Source: a bacterium
Lineage (GTDB): Bacteria > Patescibacteriota > UBA1384 > CAILIB01
DNA length: 64,000 bases
Direction of reading: 5' to 3'
Assembly: GCA_037131105.1 (NCBI GenBank)
Contig: JBAXRQ010000002.1
Location: 94,100 to 158,099, forward strand
Shown: piece after piece, positions 1-8,694 of the stretch
Layout: each line of letters starts with the position of its first letter
Numbering within the stretch: the stretch's first letter is position 1
Position numbers and translations under genes: made by a program
Notes under the pieces: model-generated
Told to the model about the DNA's origin: nothing
The model's input: only the letters and a program-made list of their open reading frames with translations
The model's database searches: none

Positions 1-1682
1 CCCCACTCCACTACCGTAAACCCGTTGCGAGCCCGGGCCGAGAGATGCTGGGCAGGCAGGCTCACTGACTGCTGCAATCCTTCGAAGTCCAGGAAGACGC
101 GGATCACTGTATCAGGCTTTGGAGTGACTTCCAGAGGGGCCAGACGGTTCATATCTGCAGTACCCAGCCAGGAGAGGCGTACGTACGGGGTGGTAGGCAG
201 CTTAGGCAGCCAGAAGTCCAGGAAGTCGGACTGTTCCTGCTTGTTCAGACCCAGCTGTACCAACTGCTGCTTCAGAGTGGCAGCCGCCTCGCTTCCCTTC
301 ACCACCACTCCGGAGTTGATGGTAGGATAAGTGCCGTTGCCCAGACCCTCCCAGAAGAGGTTGCCGAAGCTCTTGCCTGCGGCAGTGGTCAGTGCGCCAT
401 TTGGCTTAGCCAGAACGTTCCAGCCACCATTGTAGGCAGGCTCGGACTTGGTAATGCTCGCCCCCACCTTCACCGAGACCTGGGTGTCCTTGGTCGGATA
501 GAGGTAGACCACGGGCTTGCCGCATTCAGCTTGGGAGCCGTAGACAGAATTCCGCAACACGATCATGTTGCCGAGCGGGTCCTGGGTTAAGATGACCGGA
601 TGCTTTTTCAGGAAGTCAGCATAGCTGATGGTGATGCTCTCACCGGTCTTGGTGTCGAAATATTTTCCGTCATTGAGCATGGCATAGGCGCCCTTGGTAA
701 CAGCATTGTTGGTGTCCTTGTACTCATAGACCGCCTTACCAGCTGCCGTAGTACCGACCTGGGTGAAAAGTGAAAGATCAGGGCTAGCCACAACATTGAC
801 TCCCGAAGCCCTACCGCACGCGCCCCCTCCGTCAATCCGATAGGTGTCGGCATTCTTCGCGCCGTCCTTCCAGGTGACACTTGCCACCATACTGTCATTC
901 AGAACTGCCGAGGTGGGAGCCGTATACGTTACCGCCGTACCGTCGAAACGTCGAAGGACCAGATAATAAATCGCAGTGCCGTCATCCAAGGTCTTAGCAA
1001 ATGAATAGACCGGTCCATACGGCGTTGTATCGACAGGTTGAGCGGACTGCTTAAAGGAATCACCAGCAAAGATAGAGAAGAGGCCAGTAACTGTGCCCAC
1101 ATCCAGGTTTGCTCCCTTTACCTTTAAGGTCGTCTGTTGAGCGACCGACTGAAGAGTAACTGTGTTATTTGCAGTAACAATGCCGGCATAGCCGATATTT
1201 TCGGCGCCACCACTATTTTGAGCATATACCGCCTTATTGTATGTGGTGAGAAGAGTATAGGTTCCCTTGCTCCCAGTATCCTTCAAGAACAACTCACTAT
1301 CAGGGCCACCCAAGCCCAAAGCTACCAATTGGGTCAACACAATATCGCGACCGTTATAATCTCCTACATGGTAATAAGAGGTCTCGTCTGCACTACCGGC
1401 ATAGCCTTCAGGATAGACATACAGCTTCAGATCTGCCAGCTTCACTGGCGCAGCCAGCCACGTCACTCCTGCCTCGGCAAACGGTGTCGGCGCTGGTGTA
1501 GCCGTCGGGGTAGCCGTAGCCTTGGCACCTGCGCTTGGCGTAGGCGTTGCGGTAGTCTTGGTACTGTTCTGCTGGCCTTGGGCATACCAGGCTACCCCGG
1601 CACCGGCCACTACCACTACCGCCAACCCCACCAATACCACCGGACTAATGCCCTTTGCTGCCCCCTCCTTTTTGTTGTTCAT
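1..1682 (-). CDS. Partial surface/secreted protein. Start codon at 1682-1680; the C-terminus runs off the left edge of the window. It has an N-terminal signal-anchor, a Thr/Pro/Ala-rich linker and a large extracytoplasmic domain.
   Basis: Seen in sequence: the minus-strand frame appears open (translated by eye) from ATG at 1682 (MNNKKEGAAKGISPVVLVGLAVVVVAGAG...) to the window edge. It is missing from the ORF track only because no stop lies inside the window. The hydrophobic N-terminus followed by TATPTPSAGAKATATPTATPAPTP matches the linker style of other surface proteins here. No family recognised. Confidence 0.5.
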   Translation of the reverse strand, partial: MNNKKEGAAKGISPVVLVGLAVVVVAGAGVAWYAQGQQNSTKTTATPTPSAGAKATATPTATPAPTPFAEAGVTWLAAPVKLADLKLYVYPEGYAGSADETSYYHVGDYNGRDIVLTQLVALGLGGPDSELFLKDTGSKGTYTLLTTYNKAVYAQNSGGAENIGYAGIVTANNTVTLQSVAQQTTLKVKGANLDVGTVTGLFSIFAGDSFKQSAQPVDTTPYGPVYSFAKTLDDGTAIYYLVLRRFDGTAVTYTAPTSAVLNDSMVASVTWKDGAKNADTYRIDGGGACGRASGVNVVASPDLSLFTQVGTTAAGKAVYEYKDTNNAVTKGAYAMLNDGKYFDTKTGESITISYADFLKKHPVILTQDPLGNMIVLRNSVYGSQAECGKPVVYLYPTKDTQVSVKVGASITKSEPAYNGGWNVLAKPNGALTTAAGKSFGNLFWEGLGNGTYPTINSGVVVKGSEAAATLKQQLVQLGLNKQEQSDFLDFWLPKLPTTPYVRLSWLGTADMNRLAPLEVTPKPDTVIRVFLDFEGLQQSVSLPAQHLSARARNGFTVVEW

Positions 1683-1718
1683 AAAAAAGTCTAACGTTCA
1701 GTTACTTCCCAGTTTATG

Positions 1719-3479
1719 TCAGGGACGAGGAAAGTACAACTCAGTTCCCGTTTCGGTCGTCCGGAGGCTACTTTTCAGAGGGTCATATATCCGGCTCAGA
1801 CGCGTTGCCTTTTCTGCCCCCGTAAGCAGGCTGGGCGCTGACGACTTAATCCCCACCGGTAGGCCAAAGATCCGCAGCCCCTGGTCAGTAAACTCGCCCC
1901 CGACCAGCATGCCCCGCTGGGTCTCCACTGAAAAACCCTGGTCGAAGATGAGATTGCCCATGGAGTAGATGATGGGCACGCCCTTGTACAGCTCCGAGTC
2001 CTGCACCACATGGGGATGTGCCCCGATCACCAGATCAGCGCCAGCGTCGATCCAAGCATGGGCCTGGGAGGCCTGACCTGAAGAATGGGTGGTCTGGTAC
2101 TCCACTCCCCAATGGGGAAATACCAGCACCCGGTCGGAAGCCGTCTGCTTCAGCGACTTAATCAGACTGCTCAGATCAGGATTGCTGTCCAAGGTCAGTA
2201 CCGTGATCACATGCAGCGAAATACCCTGGCCGGAAATAGTCAGCGCCTTCACCGTGTCGACATCACTAGGTCCGCCCACTGGCGTCACCCCAGCCGCTGT
2301 CAGCACCGAACGGGTATTCTCGAGACCAGCTTGGCCAGCGTTCAGACTGTGGTTATTGGCCAGGCTAACCGCATTTACGTGCAGAGCCTTCACCACGTCG
2401 ATGGACTGGGGCGGGAAGTTGAAGACCAGGTTGTTTGAGGTCACGTTATTATCCACCGGACCGGAAGCTATCGGCCCCTCGTGGTTAAGCATTCCCAGAT
2501 CAGCACCCCAGAAGGTACGCGGACTGAACTTGTCCACCACCTGAGTGAACTTCCCACCGTTCTTGAAGAAATACTGGTCGGCCACCGATCTATCCAGCAT
2601 GATGTCCCCCCCTAGCAAGAACGAGACGCTGGCGGCCGGCACCGTCTTGGCGCCTGGCTCATACCAACCAAAGAGGTGGGTGGTGCCCTCCCCGTCCAGA
2701 TCCTTCACCAGCACACCAGAGTTAGTGTGGTTCTTCAGGACGAAATGGCCGGCTGCCCGGTCAGTGGCAAAGCGAGAGGCTAGCACCAGGCTTAACGGCG
2801 AGTCCACCTCAGCCACCTTGGTCAACGTATCGAGATCAAGATTGTCCAGGGCCCGGATACTGACAGCATCATGCAGCTCCCCCAGCTTGGCCGGCTGATA
2901 ATGGGAAAAGTCCACCGAGGCGATCACTAGGCAGTCAGGACAGACATCGGAGATATCGTCGGCCAGCTTAGTTGCCTGGCTCTGGGTGGCCTTTGAGCCG
3001 ATGATCAGGGGCACTATCTTGGCGCCAGGAAAGGTATGGGCGATGTCATGGAGAATATTCCTGATCCCATGCTCATTGGTAAAGCTGCCGATCTCCTCAG
3101 TTACACCGTCCTTCTCCACCCGCTTAATCAGGTCCAGATCGGGGTCAATGATACCAGCATCGGTGGACCAGCTCTGAGGTGTAGTCTGGATGGCGCCACT
3201 ACCTGACTCGTAGTGGTTAGGAGAGACCAGCACTATGGTCTTAGGCTTCAGACCAGTGGTTGCAGCCTGGGTAAAGAGCTCGGCCCGCTGAGTTGCTACC
3301 AGCTGGTGATGCGGCACAATGAGGGCCACCGGTAGTGGATTTGGCCGAGGCGTGACCGTTGCCCTCGGTACCAGTTTAGTGGGCGTATGCACGTCCACCT
3401 TATAAAAGTACCCTATCCCCACCAGAATAAGGGCCACGGAGGCTAGAGAGAAGGCCAAGGAAATGATCTGCCGTCTCAT
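1719..3479 (-). CDS. Fusion protein: N-terminal TM anchor, then a MEMO1-like domain (AmmeMemoRadiSam system protein B family), then a CapA/PGA_cap-type metallophosphatase domain.
   Basis: Seen in sequence: N-terminal hydrophobic helix; HH...SPNHY...DFSHY segment typical of the MEMO/extradiol-dioxygenase-like fold; C-terminal GGDIMLDR...GAHPHVVQ...MGNLIFDQ typical of CapA-family calcineurin-like phosphoesterases. Family assignment from established knowledge of motifs; not searched. Confidence 0.6.
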   Translation of the reverse strand: MRRQIISLAFSLASVALILVGIGYFYKVDVHTPTKLVPRATVTPRPNPLPVALIVPHHQLVATQRAELFTQAATTGLKPKTIVLVSPNHYESGSGAIQTTPQSWSTDAGIIDPDLDLIKRVEKDGVTEEIGSFTNEHGIRNILHDIAHTFPGAKIVPLIIGSKATQSQATKLADDISDVCPDCLVIASVDFSHYQPAKLGELHDAVSIRALDNLDLDTLTKVAEVDSPLSLVLASRFATDRAAGHFVLKNHTNSGVLVKDLDGEGTTHLFGWYEPGAKTVPAASVSFLLGGDIMLDRSVADQYFFKNGGKFTQVVDKFSPRTFWGADLGMLNHEGPIASGPVDNNVTSNNLVFNFPPQSIDVVKALHVNAVSLANNHSLNAGQAGLENTRSVLTAAGVTPVGGPSDVDTVKALTISGQGISLHVITVLTLDSNPDLSSLIKSLKQTASDRVLVFPHWGVEYQTTHSSGQASQAHAWIDAGADLVIGAHPHVVQDSELYKGVPIIYSMGNLIFDQGFSVETQRGMLVGGEFTDQGLRIFGLPVGIKSSAPSLLTGAEKATRLSRIYDPLKSSLRTTETGTELYFPRP

Positions 3480-3958
3480 TCCCCCGTCGCTACCCGGAGA
3501 ATCTCCTGCTGCAAAGTATAGGGGTCAGGGACGCTGCGGATCAGAAAGGGCTCCCCCGTGCCCGGTGTCCTGATGGTGATATCACCGAAGCCAAACAGCG
3601 TGTTGAACAGGCCTTTTACCTCATGGGATACCTGCAGCACCGCCTGAAGGCTGCATTCTACCAGCTCCCGGTTGAACGGTCCCTTCTGGGAAAGGAAGAT
3701 CACCCGCTCATTGGTAAGTAGTACCAGAGAGTTGTTCCAGGCGTGCCAAGCCAATACTCCTCGCACCACTGCTAGCACCAGGCAGAGCAAGAACAAGGCC
3801 GAAAGAAATGAATTCGAAGTAATGAAGACAAAGGCAGCTAACGGGAGCAGTAGAAGACTGCCCGCCACCATAAAGGGACGAAGCAGTACCAGGGGGTGCT
3901 GATGACTAAAGAGAACTACCTCCTCACTGTTGTGCTGGCCCTGGAAGCGATAGGACAT
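3476..3958 (-). CDS. Small integral membrane protein, hypothetical.
   Basis: 160-aa ORF with two long hydrophobic segments. Overlaps neighbouring genes in operon fashion (4-nt ATGA overlap with the downstream gene). An alternative internal start is possible. Confidence 0.4.
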   Translation of the reverse strand: MSYRFQGQHNSEEVVLFSHQHPLVLLRPFMVAGSLLLLPLAAFVFITSNSFLSALFLLCLVLAVVRGVLAWHAWNNSLVLLTNERVIFLSQKGPFNRELVECSLQAVLQVSHEVKGLFNTLFGFGDITIRTPGTGEPFLIRSVPDPYTLQQEILRVATGE

Positions 3959-4334
3959 ACTGTTTGATCTTCTCCACTACCGCACCGGGTAAAATGCCGC
4001 CCTTGGTGATGTAGTCACTAGCTCCAAGCTGCAGGCCCTTTGCCTGGTCGTCGATGTCTCCGAGTGCTGAAACAATGATCACTGGAATATGCTTGGTGGC
4101 AGGATCAGCCTTTACCATGGATAGGACGTCATATCCTGAGATCTTTGGGATCATGATGTCCAGCAGGATGAGCTGAGTATCAGGGTGAGCTGCCAACTGG
4201 TCCAGGGCCTGCTGTCCGTCGAAGGCCTGCACCACGTTAAAACCGGCACCGATAAAGCGGTCCAGATAGAGCTCCTGGAGGATGCGATCGTCTTCTACAA
4301 GCAGGATCTTGGCGGGGGTGGGTTGGTCGGCCAT
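3924..4334 (-). CDS. Stand-alone response-regulator receiver (CheY-like REC) protein.
   Basis: LLVEDD...ILLDIMIPKISGYDVL...K pattern of REC domains (acidic pocket, phospho-acceptor Asp, conserved Lys). No output domain. Confidence 0.8.
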   Translation of the reverse strand: MADQPTPAKILLVEDDRILQELYLDRFIGAGFNVVQAFDGQQALDQLAAHPDTQLILLDIMIPKISGYDVLSMVKADPATKHIPVIIVSALGDIDDQAKGLQLGASDYITKGGILPGAVVEKIKQYVLSLPGPAQQ

Positions 4335-4479
4335 AAAGGGTAGTTAATGCTTTAGGACTTAATCATTCTGGTGCGTAGCGAGGAATCCCTGAGAAACGGA
4401 GTGAGACGTACTTGTTGGTACGTTGAACGAGTATCGGAGGGGATGACGACGCTAGGCGCAGAATGGGGCCCTTCAGAAG

Positions 4480-5571
4480 TTAGTTTACTCTTTTTAGAGC
4501 ACGCTGTTCAAGAGCATAGGTGACCAGAATCAGGCCGGTCATACACACCACCAGGCCGATAGCCAGTTTGCCCTTATCGGCCGATTCAGAGCCCCGTACT
4601 GCCAGAAGGCCAAAGGTAAGTGAGAAAGCGTTGATGAGAATGACCACCTGCGGCACCGTGAAGCCTATTTTCATCAGGCGGTGGTGCAGATGACGCTGGT
4701 CGGCCATGAAGGGGCTTTGCCGGGCCCGTAGACGCCTGAAAATGACCACTAGGGCATCGAGAACCGGAATCCCCATGACCAGGGCGGCAGTAGCCACCTT
4801 GCCCCCGGAAATGATAGCAATCACCGCTAAGAGAAAACCAAGTAGCTGCGAGCCCACTGTGCCCATAAACAGCTTGGAGGGAAACCAGTTCCAGGGAAGA
4901 AAGCCCAGGGTCACCCCAAAGAGGAGTAGTGAAAGTGTCGCCGTACCCATTAGCCCCAGCTGTAGGCTCAGTAAGAACAAGGTTACCGAAGCAGTCAGGG
5001 CAATACTCCCGGCCAACCCGTCCAGTCCGTCAAACCAGTTCATGACGTTGATCATTATCATTACCCAGACCACGGTAAAGGCATCGGACCAGAATACTCC
5101 CAGCTGGAGCTCTCCACCCCAGGGTAGACGCAAGAAGGGCACAGTCACTCCTGCTGCTACCAGGATCAGTCCTGCCACTAGCTGGCCGGCCAGTTGCCCT
5201 TGCCAGGAGACACCCTTCAGATCATCCCAAAGGCCGACAATTAAGAGCAACGTCATGCCACCAAGTAGGCCCCAGACTGCCCCGTCTATACCCAGGAAAG
5301 GTGGTCTTCCAAAGTCGAGGCTCCCGTACTGTTTTCCCAGGGTTAGCAACCAGCCGAGCGTCACGACAACAGTAAGCCACATGGCTACTCCCCCTACCCG
5401 GGGCTTGCGTACCGTATGCATGTCACGGGTACGAATGCTGGGCAACAGATGGCGCTTCAGGGCCAGCTGCCTCAAGACGCCGGTCAATGCGCAGGAAAGC
5501 ACCAAGGCAAATCCCGCCAAAGCCCAGGGCTCAGGGTATCGTTCCAGCAGCCTCACCCACCATTCGAACAT
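4480..5571 (-). CDS. Glycosyltransferase family 4, MraY/WecA-like polyprenyl-phosphate N-acetylhexosamine-1-phosphate transferase.
   Basis: Polytopic membrane protein with DDxxG (WDDLKGVS) and NxxNxxDGxDGL (NVMNWFDGLDGLAGS) motifs of the MraY/WecA/TagO superfamily. Confidence 0.8.
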   Translation of the reverse strand: MFEWWVRLLERYPEPWALAGFALVLSCALTGVLRQLALKRHLLPSIRTRDMHTVRKPRVGGVAMWLTVVVTLGWLLTLGKQYGSLDFGRPPFLGIDGAVWGLLGGMTLLLIVGLWDDLKGVSWQGQLAGQLVAGLILVAAGVTVPFLRLPWGGELQLGVFWSDAFTVVWVMIMINVMNWFDGLDGLAGSIALTASVTLFLLSLQLGLMGTATLSLLLFGVTLGFLPWNWFPSKLFMGTVGSQLLGFLLAVIAIISGGKVATAALVMGIPVLDALVVIFRRLRARQSPFMADQRHLHHRLMKIGFTVPQVVILINAFSLTFGLLAVRGSESADKGKLAIGLVVCMTGLILVTYALEQRALKRVN

Positions 5572-5584
5572 AGACTAGGGTTAC

Positions 5585-6211
5585 CTACTGGTTGCGCTTG
5601 TCGCCGAACATTATCACATGGTCAGCCCGGTCATAGTCATTCAGCTCGCTGTCCTTGAACCAGTGTTTGATTTCATGGGCGGCCTCTTCGGCGGTCTCAG
5701 AAGCATGAACGATATTGAAGATACTACGACCCTCGAGGTTCGCGGCAGTAGGAGCGTCGATGGAGAAGTCTCCTCTGATAGTACCCGGCTCAGCGAAAAC
5801 CGGCAGCGTGGCACCAACCAGCTTGCGAATGATCGAAATGGCGTGTATGCCCTCCACCACCATCGGCACTACTGGTCCAATAACCATAAAGTCCACTAGT
5901 GCCTCGCGCACCTTGGCGCCGATCTCACCAGCGTCATCAGTGCCCATATGCTCTTTAGGATCCAATTCATACTCTGCGAAAGTCTTCAGCCCTTTATTTC
6001 CTAGCCGCTCTACCCATGTAGCATCCTTCGGATAAAAAGCATCAACATGAGCGGAGGTGGCTGACATCATCTTCATGGCAATGATCTTGAGGCCGCGCTG
6101 CTCTAGGCGCTTGATTACCTCGCCGATCAGACCGCGCATGACGCCGTCTGGCTTTACCATGATAAAACTACGCTCAGTCGGCAGTTCGTGTGTCTTGTAT
6201 TTTGAAGCCAT
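5585..6211 (-). CDS. ndk: Nucleoside diphosphate kinase (long form with an internal insertion).
   Basis: FIMVKPDGV...GLIGEVI...NIVHASE (His active site region) are Ndk hallmarks. The 208-aa length implies insertions. Confidence 0.85.
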   Translation of the reverse strand: MASKYKTHELPTERSFIMVKPDGVMRGLIGEVIKRLEQRGLKIIAMKMMSATSAHVDAFYPKDATWVERLGNKGLKTFAEYELDPKEHMGTDDAGEIGAKVREALVDFMVIGPVVPMVVEGIHAISIIRKLVGATLPVFAEPGTIRGDFSIDAPTAANLEGRSIFNIVHASETAEEAAHEIKHWFKDSELNDYDRADHVIMFGDKRNQ

Positions 6212-6220
6212 GCAACGTTC

Positions 6221-7510
6221 TTACTGGTTAATATGTTCTAAGGTAAGTAGTTGAGAAAGTCCATCCGCATCCTCTTGGGGACCAATGACAGCTAACCGTA
6301 GCCACTGCTCTTGCAATAGTTCTTGTGCCACCTCACGGATCTCTTCTGCAGTAACCGCCAGGATCTTTTTCTCAATGCTCTCGGTATCCTCGATCCCCTT
6401 CTCAAGCAGGCTCTGCATGCCGTAGAACTCTGCCACCTGCTCGGAGTCCTCTAGTGAGAGCAGCATTTTGCCGAGCAGGAACTGCTGGGCCCGGTCCAAC
6501 TCTTCAGGGGTTACTAGCTCTTCGCGGATCTTGCGAAGCTCCACCATAATGGCGGCCACAGCCTGGGGCAGGCGCGCATTATCCACTCCCGCTGAAGCTA
6601 CTAGCATGCCGGTCTCACGATAGCTGTCAGGCATGGCCCGTACGTAGTAGCAGAGACCCTGCTGCTCACGTACCGAGGTAAACAGACGAGAGCTCATGTT
6701 GCCACCTAGAATAGTGGCCAGCAGCCGGTAGGGGTACTTCTTGGGATGAGCGATAGGATAACCCTTGGTGACTAGCATGAGGTGGGTCTGCTCGGAGGCC
6801 TTGTGCTCCAGCCGAACTCGCTTCTCGGTAGCCTGGTATTCAGCTACCTCAGGTTCGTAGCCCTCACCCTGGGGAAGCTCGGCGAAGAATCGCTCCACCA
6901 TCTCCTTGGCCTGGTCGAACTCAACGGCCCCGGCAATGATCACCGTGCACTTGGAGCCCATATAGAACTGCTTTCGATAGTCGCGAAAGTCCTCAGCAGT
7001 AAAAGCGGTGACACTTTCCTTGGTACCGGTAATCGGACGTCCTAGTGGTGAGTCGCCATATACTAAGTCGGCTAGCACCTGGTCTACCTTGCGCATCGGC
7101 ATGTCCTCGTACATATTGATCTCTTCGACGATCACCCCCTTCTCCTTGGTCAGCTCCTCTTCAGGGAAGGTCGCGTGCAGGACCATGTCAGAGAGCACGT
7201 CGAGACCAAGCTCCAGATGGTTGCCTGCAGTTTTGGTGTAGAAACCGGTAAACTCCTGGGCGGTGAAGGCATTGAACTCACCCCCTACGGCGTCCAGGGT
7301 CTGAGCAATCTGCTGAGCAGTAAGAAACTTACGCCCTCCTTTGAAAACCATGTGCTCGGCAAAATGAGCCAGGCCACGCTGGTGGTCGCTTTCATAACGA
7401 GAACCCACTTCCATCAGAACGATGGCCGTCACTGCAGCTGTAGCGGGGAGAGGCACCACCACTAAGGAGATACCGTTGCTGGTCGTATGCTGGATAATGG
7501 TGTGCTTCAT
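6221..7510 (-). CDS. M16-family (pitrilysin/insulinase-like) zinc metallopeptidase.
   Basis: Inverted zinc motif HxxEH (GLAHFAEHMVFKG) near the N-terminus and a ~430-aa two-lobed architecture. Confidence 0.85.
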   Translation of the reverse strand: MKHTIIQHTTSNGISLVVVPLPATAAVTAIVLMEVGSRYESDHQRGLAHFAEHMVFKGGRKFLTAQQIAQTLDAVGGEFNAFTAQEFTGFYTKTAGNHLELGLDVLSDMVLHATFPEEELTKEKGVIVEEINMYEDMPMRKVDQVLADLVYGDSPLGRPITGTKESVTAFTAEDFRDYRKQFYMGSKCTVIIAGAVEFDQAKEMVERFFAELPQGEGYEPEVAEYQATEKRVRLEHKASEQTHLMLVTKGYPIAHPKKYPYRLLATILGGNMSSRLFTSVREQQGLCYYVRAMPDSYRETGMLVASAGVDNARLPQAVAAIMVELRKIREELVTPEELDRAQQFLLGKMLLSLEDSEQVAEFYGMQSLLEKGIEDTESIEKKILAVTAEEIREVAQELLQEQWLRLAVIGPQEDADGLSQLLTLEHINQ

Positions 7511-7561
7511 AGGGGGTGACGCGGATACGCTGAGTTGACCGCACCGTGAAGTGCGGATTGT

Positions 7562-7727
7562 CTAGGATCTATCTCACGATTGCTTAAAGAATGGAATTTC
7601 CACTGTATGAGACGAAAGTGGTGAGAGACAAGGAGTCGTATCGGATATACGGCGACGAGTCTCAAGCCGCTTACAGTCCGTACGGTGGGAATTCCACTTA
7701 CTTTAGTAATCGTGAGATAGATCCTAG
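7562..7727. repeat. Long imperfect palindrome (~165 bp) with nested inverted repeats, MITE-like.
   Basis: Seen in sequence: CTAGGATCTATCTCACGATTGCTTAAAG at the left pairs with CTTTAGTAATCGTGAGATAGATCCTAG at the right. Inner arms GGAATTTCCACTG / GTGGGAATTCCAC. Sits in the divergent intergenic region upstream of the M16 peptidase gene. Confidence 0.6.
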
Positions 7728-7807
7728 CTGCTTCTACATTAGCAAGTTGTCCTTTACGAAGCCAGCTCTGGCCGATATAGTGGTCTTAGCTTTTAGTAAC
7801 TGCGATC

Positions 7808-8437
7808 ATGCTGCACATCGACCTGAATAACATCCTGTCCGAGGAAGACGCACTCCAGAAGATTTCCGACATCTTTACCAAGGTGGAGAATGAAAAGGTA
7901 ACCTATGTACTCACCAAATCAGGCCGTCCGGTACTGGCTATCGTGGACATCGACCAGCTTGAGCAGAATTTCAAGACCGTTGGTATCGATGCGCCTGCTG
8001 CACCCGTAGAGATGCCTGCCGTCCAGCCGACCATGCCCAGCCTCACCGCTTCGCCCTCCGCTTCCATGCCCACAATGTCTGAATCCACTTCTCCAGCCGC
8101 CGCCTCAGCTATCATTAGTCCTACTATGGCGGCACCGGCTCCCGTGGCACCTCCCGTCCCTATGGCGGCTCCAGATCCCATGGCTGCACCTGCCAACCCT
8201 ATCAACGCTCCTTGGGCCGAAGAACTCCCTGATGAGACTGCTCCCGTAGCCGCTCCTGTTGTCGCTCCTGTCGCGCCGGCTGCTCCACCAGTCGATCCAG
8301 CGGCTCCCGCACCAGCTACTGATCCTGCCGCCGCCGTCACCCCGCAGGCACCACCTGCCGGCGTGCCGCCTATCAATGGCAGTCTAGAGCTACCCGAAAT
8401 GCCCGAAGACCCAACTAATAGTTCCCCTCTCGCGTAA
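7808..8437 (+). CDS. Protein with an N-terminal Phd/YefM-like (antitoxin-fold) domain fused to a long Pro/Ala-rich low-complexity tail.
   Basis: The N-terminal ~55 aa (EDALQKISDIFTKVENEKVTYVLTKSGRPVLAIVDIDQLEQ) fit the Phd/YefM pattern (hydrophobic core, TKxGxP..vivs.eeye). The rest is PAAP/APVA repeats. No adjacent toxin gene. Confidence 0.5.
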   Translation: MLHIDLNNILSEEDALQKISDIFTKVENEKVTYVLTKSGRPVLAIVDIDQLEQNFKTVGIDAPAAPVEMPAVQPTMPSLTASPSASMPTMSESTSPAAASAIISPTMAAPAPVAPPVPMAAPDPMAAPANPINAPWAEELPDETAPVAAPVVAPVAPAAPPVDPAAPAPATDPAAAVTPQAPPAGVPPINGSLELPEMPEDPTNSSPLA

Positions 8438-8458
8438 GACGTCACATACGTTCATAGG

Positions 8459-8567
8459 AAACTTTTGAGACGTATCCTGAAGGGATACTGTAGACAGGCT
8501 CCCTTGAGTCGATCAGTTTCCTGGGAATGTATGTGCGGCGACTCTCCGGAGTACGTCTCAAAAGTTT
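8459..8567. repeat. Copy of the 'CGTCTCAAGG / CGACTCAAGGG + covarying hairpin' palindromic repeat family (see the 42.6-43.2 kb cluster).
   Basis: Seen in sequence: TTGAGACG-TATCC-TGAA-GGGATAC ... CCCTTGAGTCGATCAG ... CTCCGGAGTACGTCTCAA. Outer arms AAACTTTTGAGACGTA / TACGTCTCAAAAGTTT are inverted repeats. Confidence 0.6.
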
Positions 8568-8645
8568 TTGATGGAAAGCCGTATGACAGCTTAGACTATT
8601 TGAACGGACGCCGTGCGCTCATAATGACGACACGTGCCGGACCAG

Positions 8646-8680
8646 GTAAAAGGACTCCTTAATCAGGAGTCCTTTTACAG
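8646..8680. terminator. Bidirectional intrinsic terminator hairpin.
   Basis: AAAAGGACTCCT-TAATC-AGGAGTCCTTTTAC: perfect 10-bp GC-containing stem flanked by A-run and T-run. Immediately downstream of the minus-strand HTH gene stop. Confidence 0.6.
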
Positions 8681-8694
8681 CCCAACAGAAAATT

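Noticed and set aside
4706-5578. 290-aa plus-strand ORF antisense to the MraY/WecA-like gene.
   Set aside because: Lies wholly inside a well-supported membrane-protein gene on the other strand. Low-complexity R/P/S-rich translation typical of antisense GC-rich frames.
7591-7830. 79-aa ORF inside the 7562-7727 palindrome.
   Set aside because: Falls within a non-coding inverted-repeat element. No family resemblance. Probably a chance ORF.
7903-8445. 180-aa Gly/Ala-rich minus-strand ORF.
   Set aside because: Exact antisense shadow of the Pro/Ala-rich region of the plus-strand gene 7808-8437 (GC-rich repeats keep both frames open). The plus-strand gene has a recognisable N-terminal domain.
8465-8662. 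65-aa ORF overlapping the 8459-8567 repeat copy.
   Set aside because: Driven by the repeat sequence and followed by a terminator. No coding signal.
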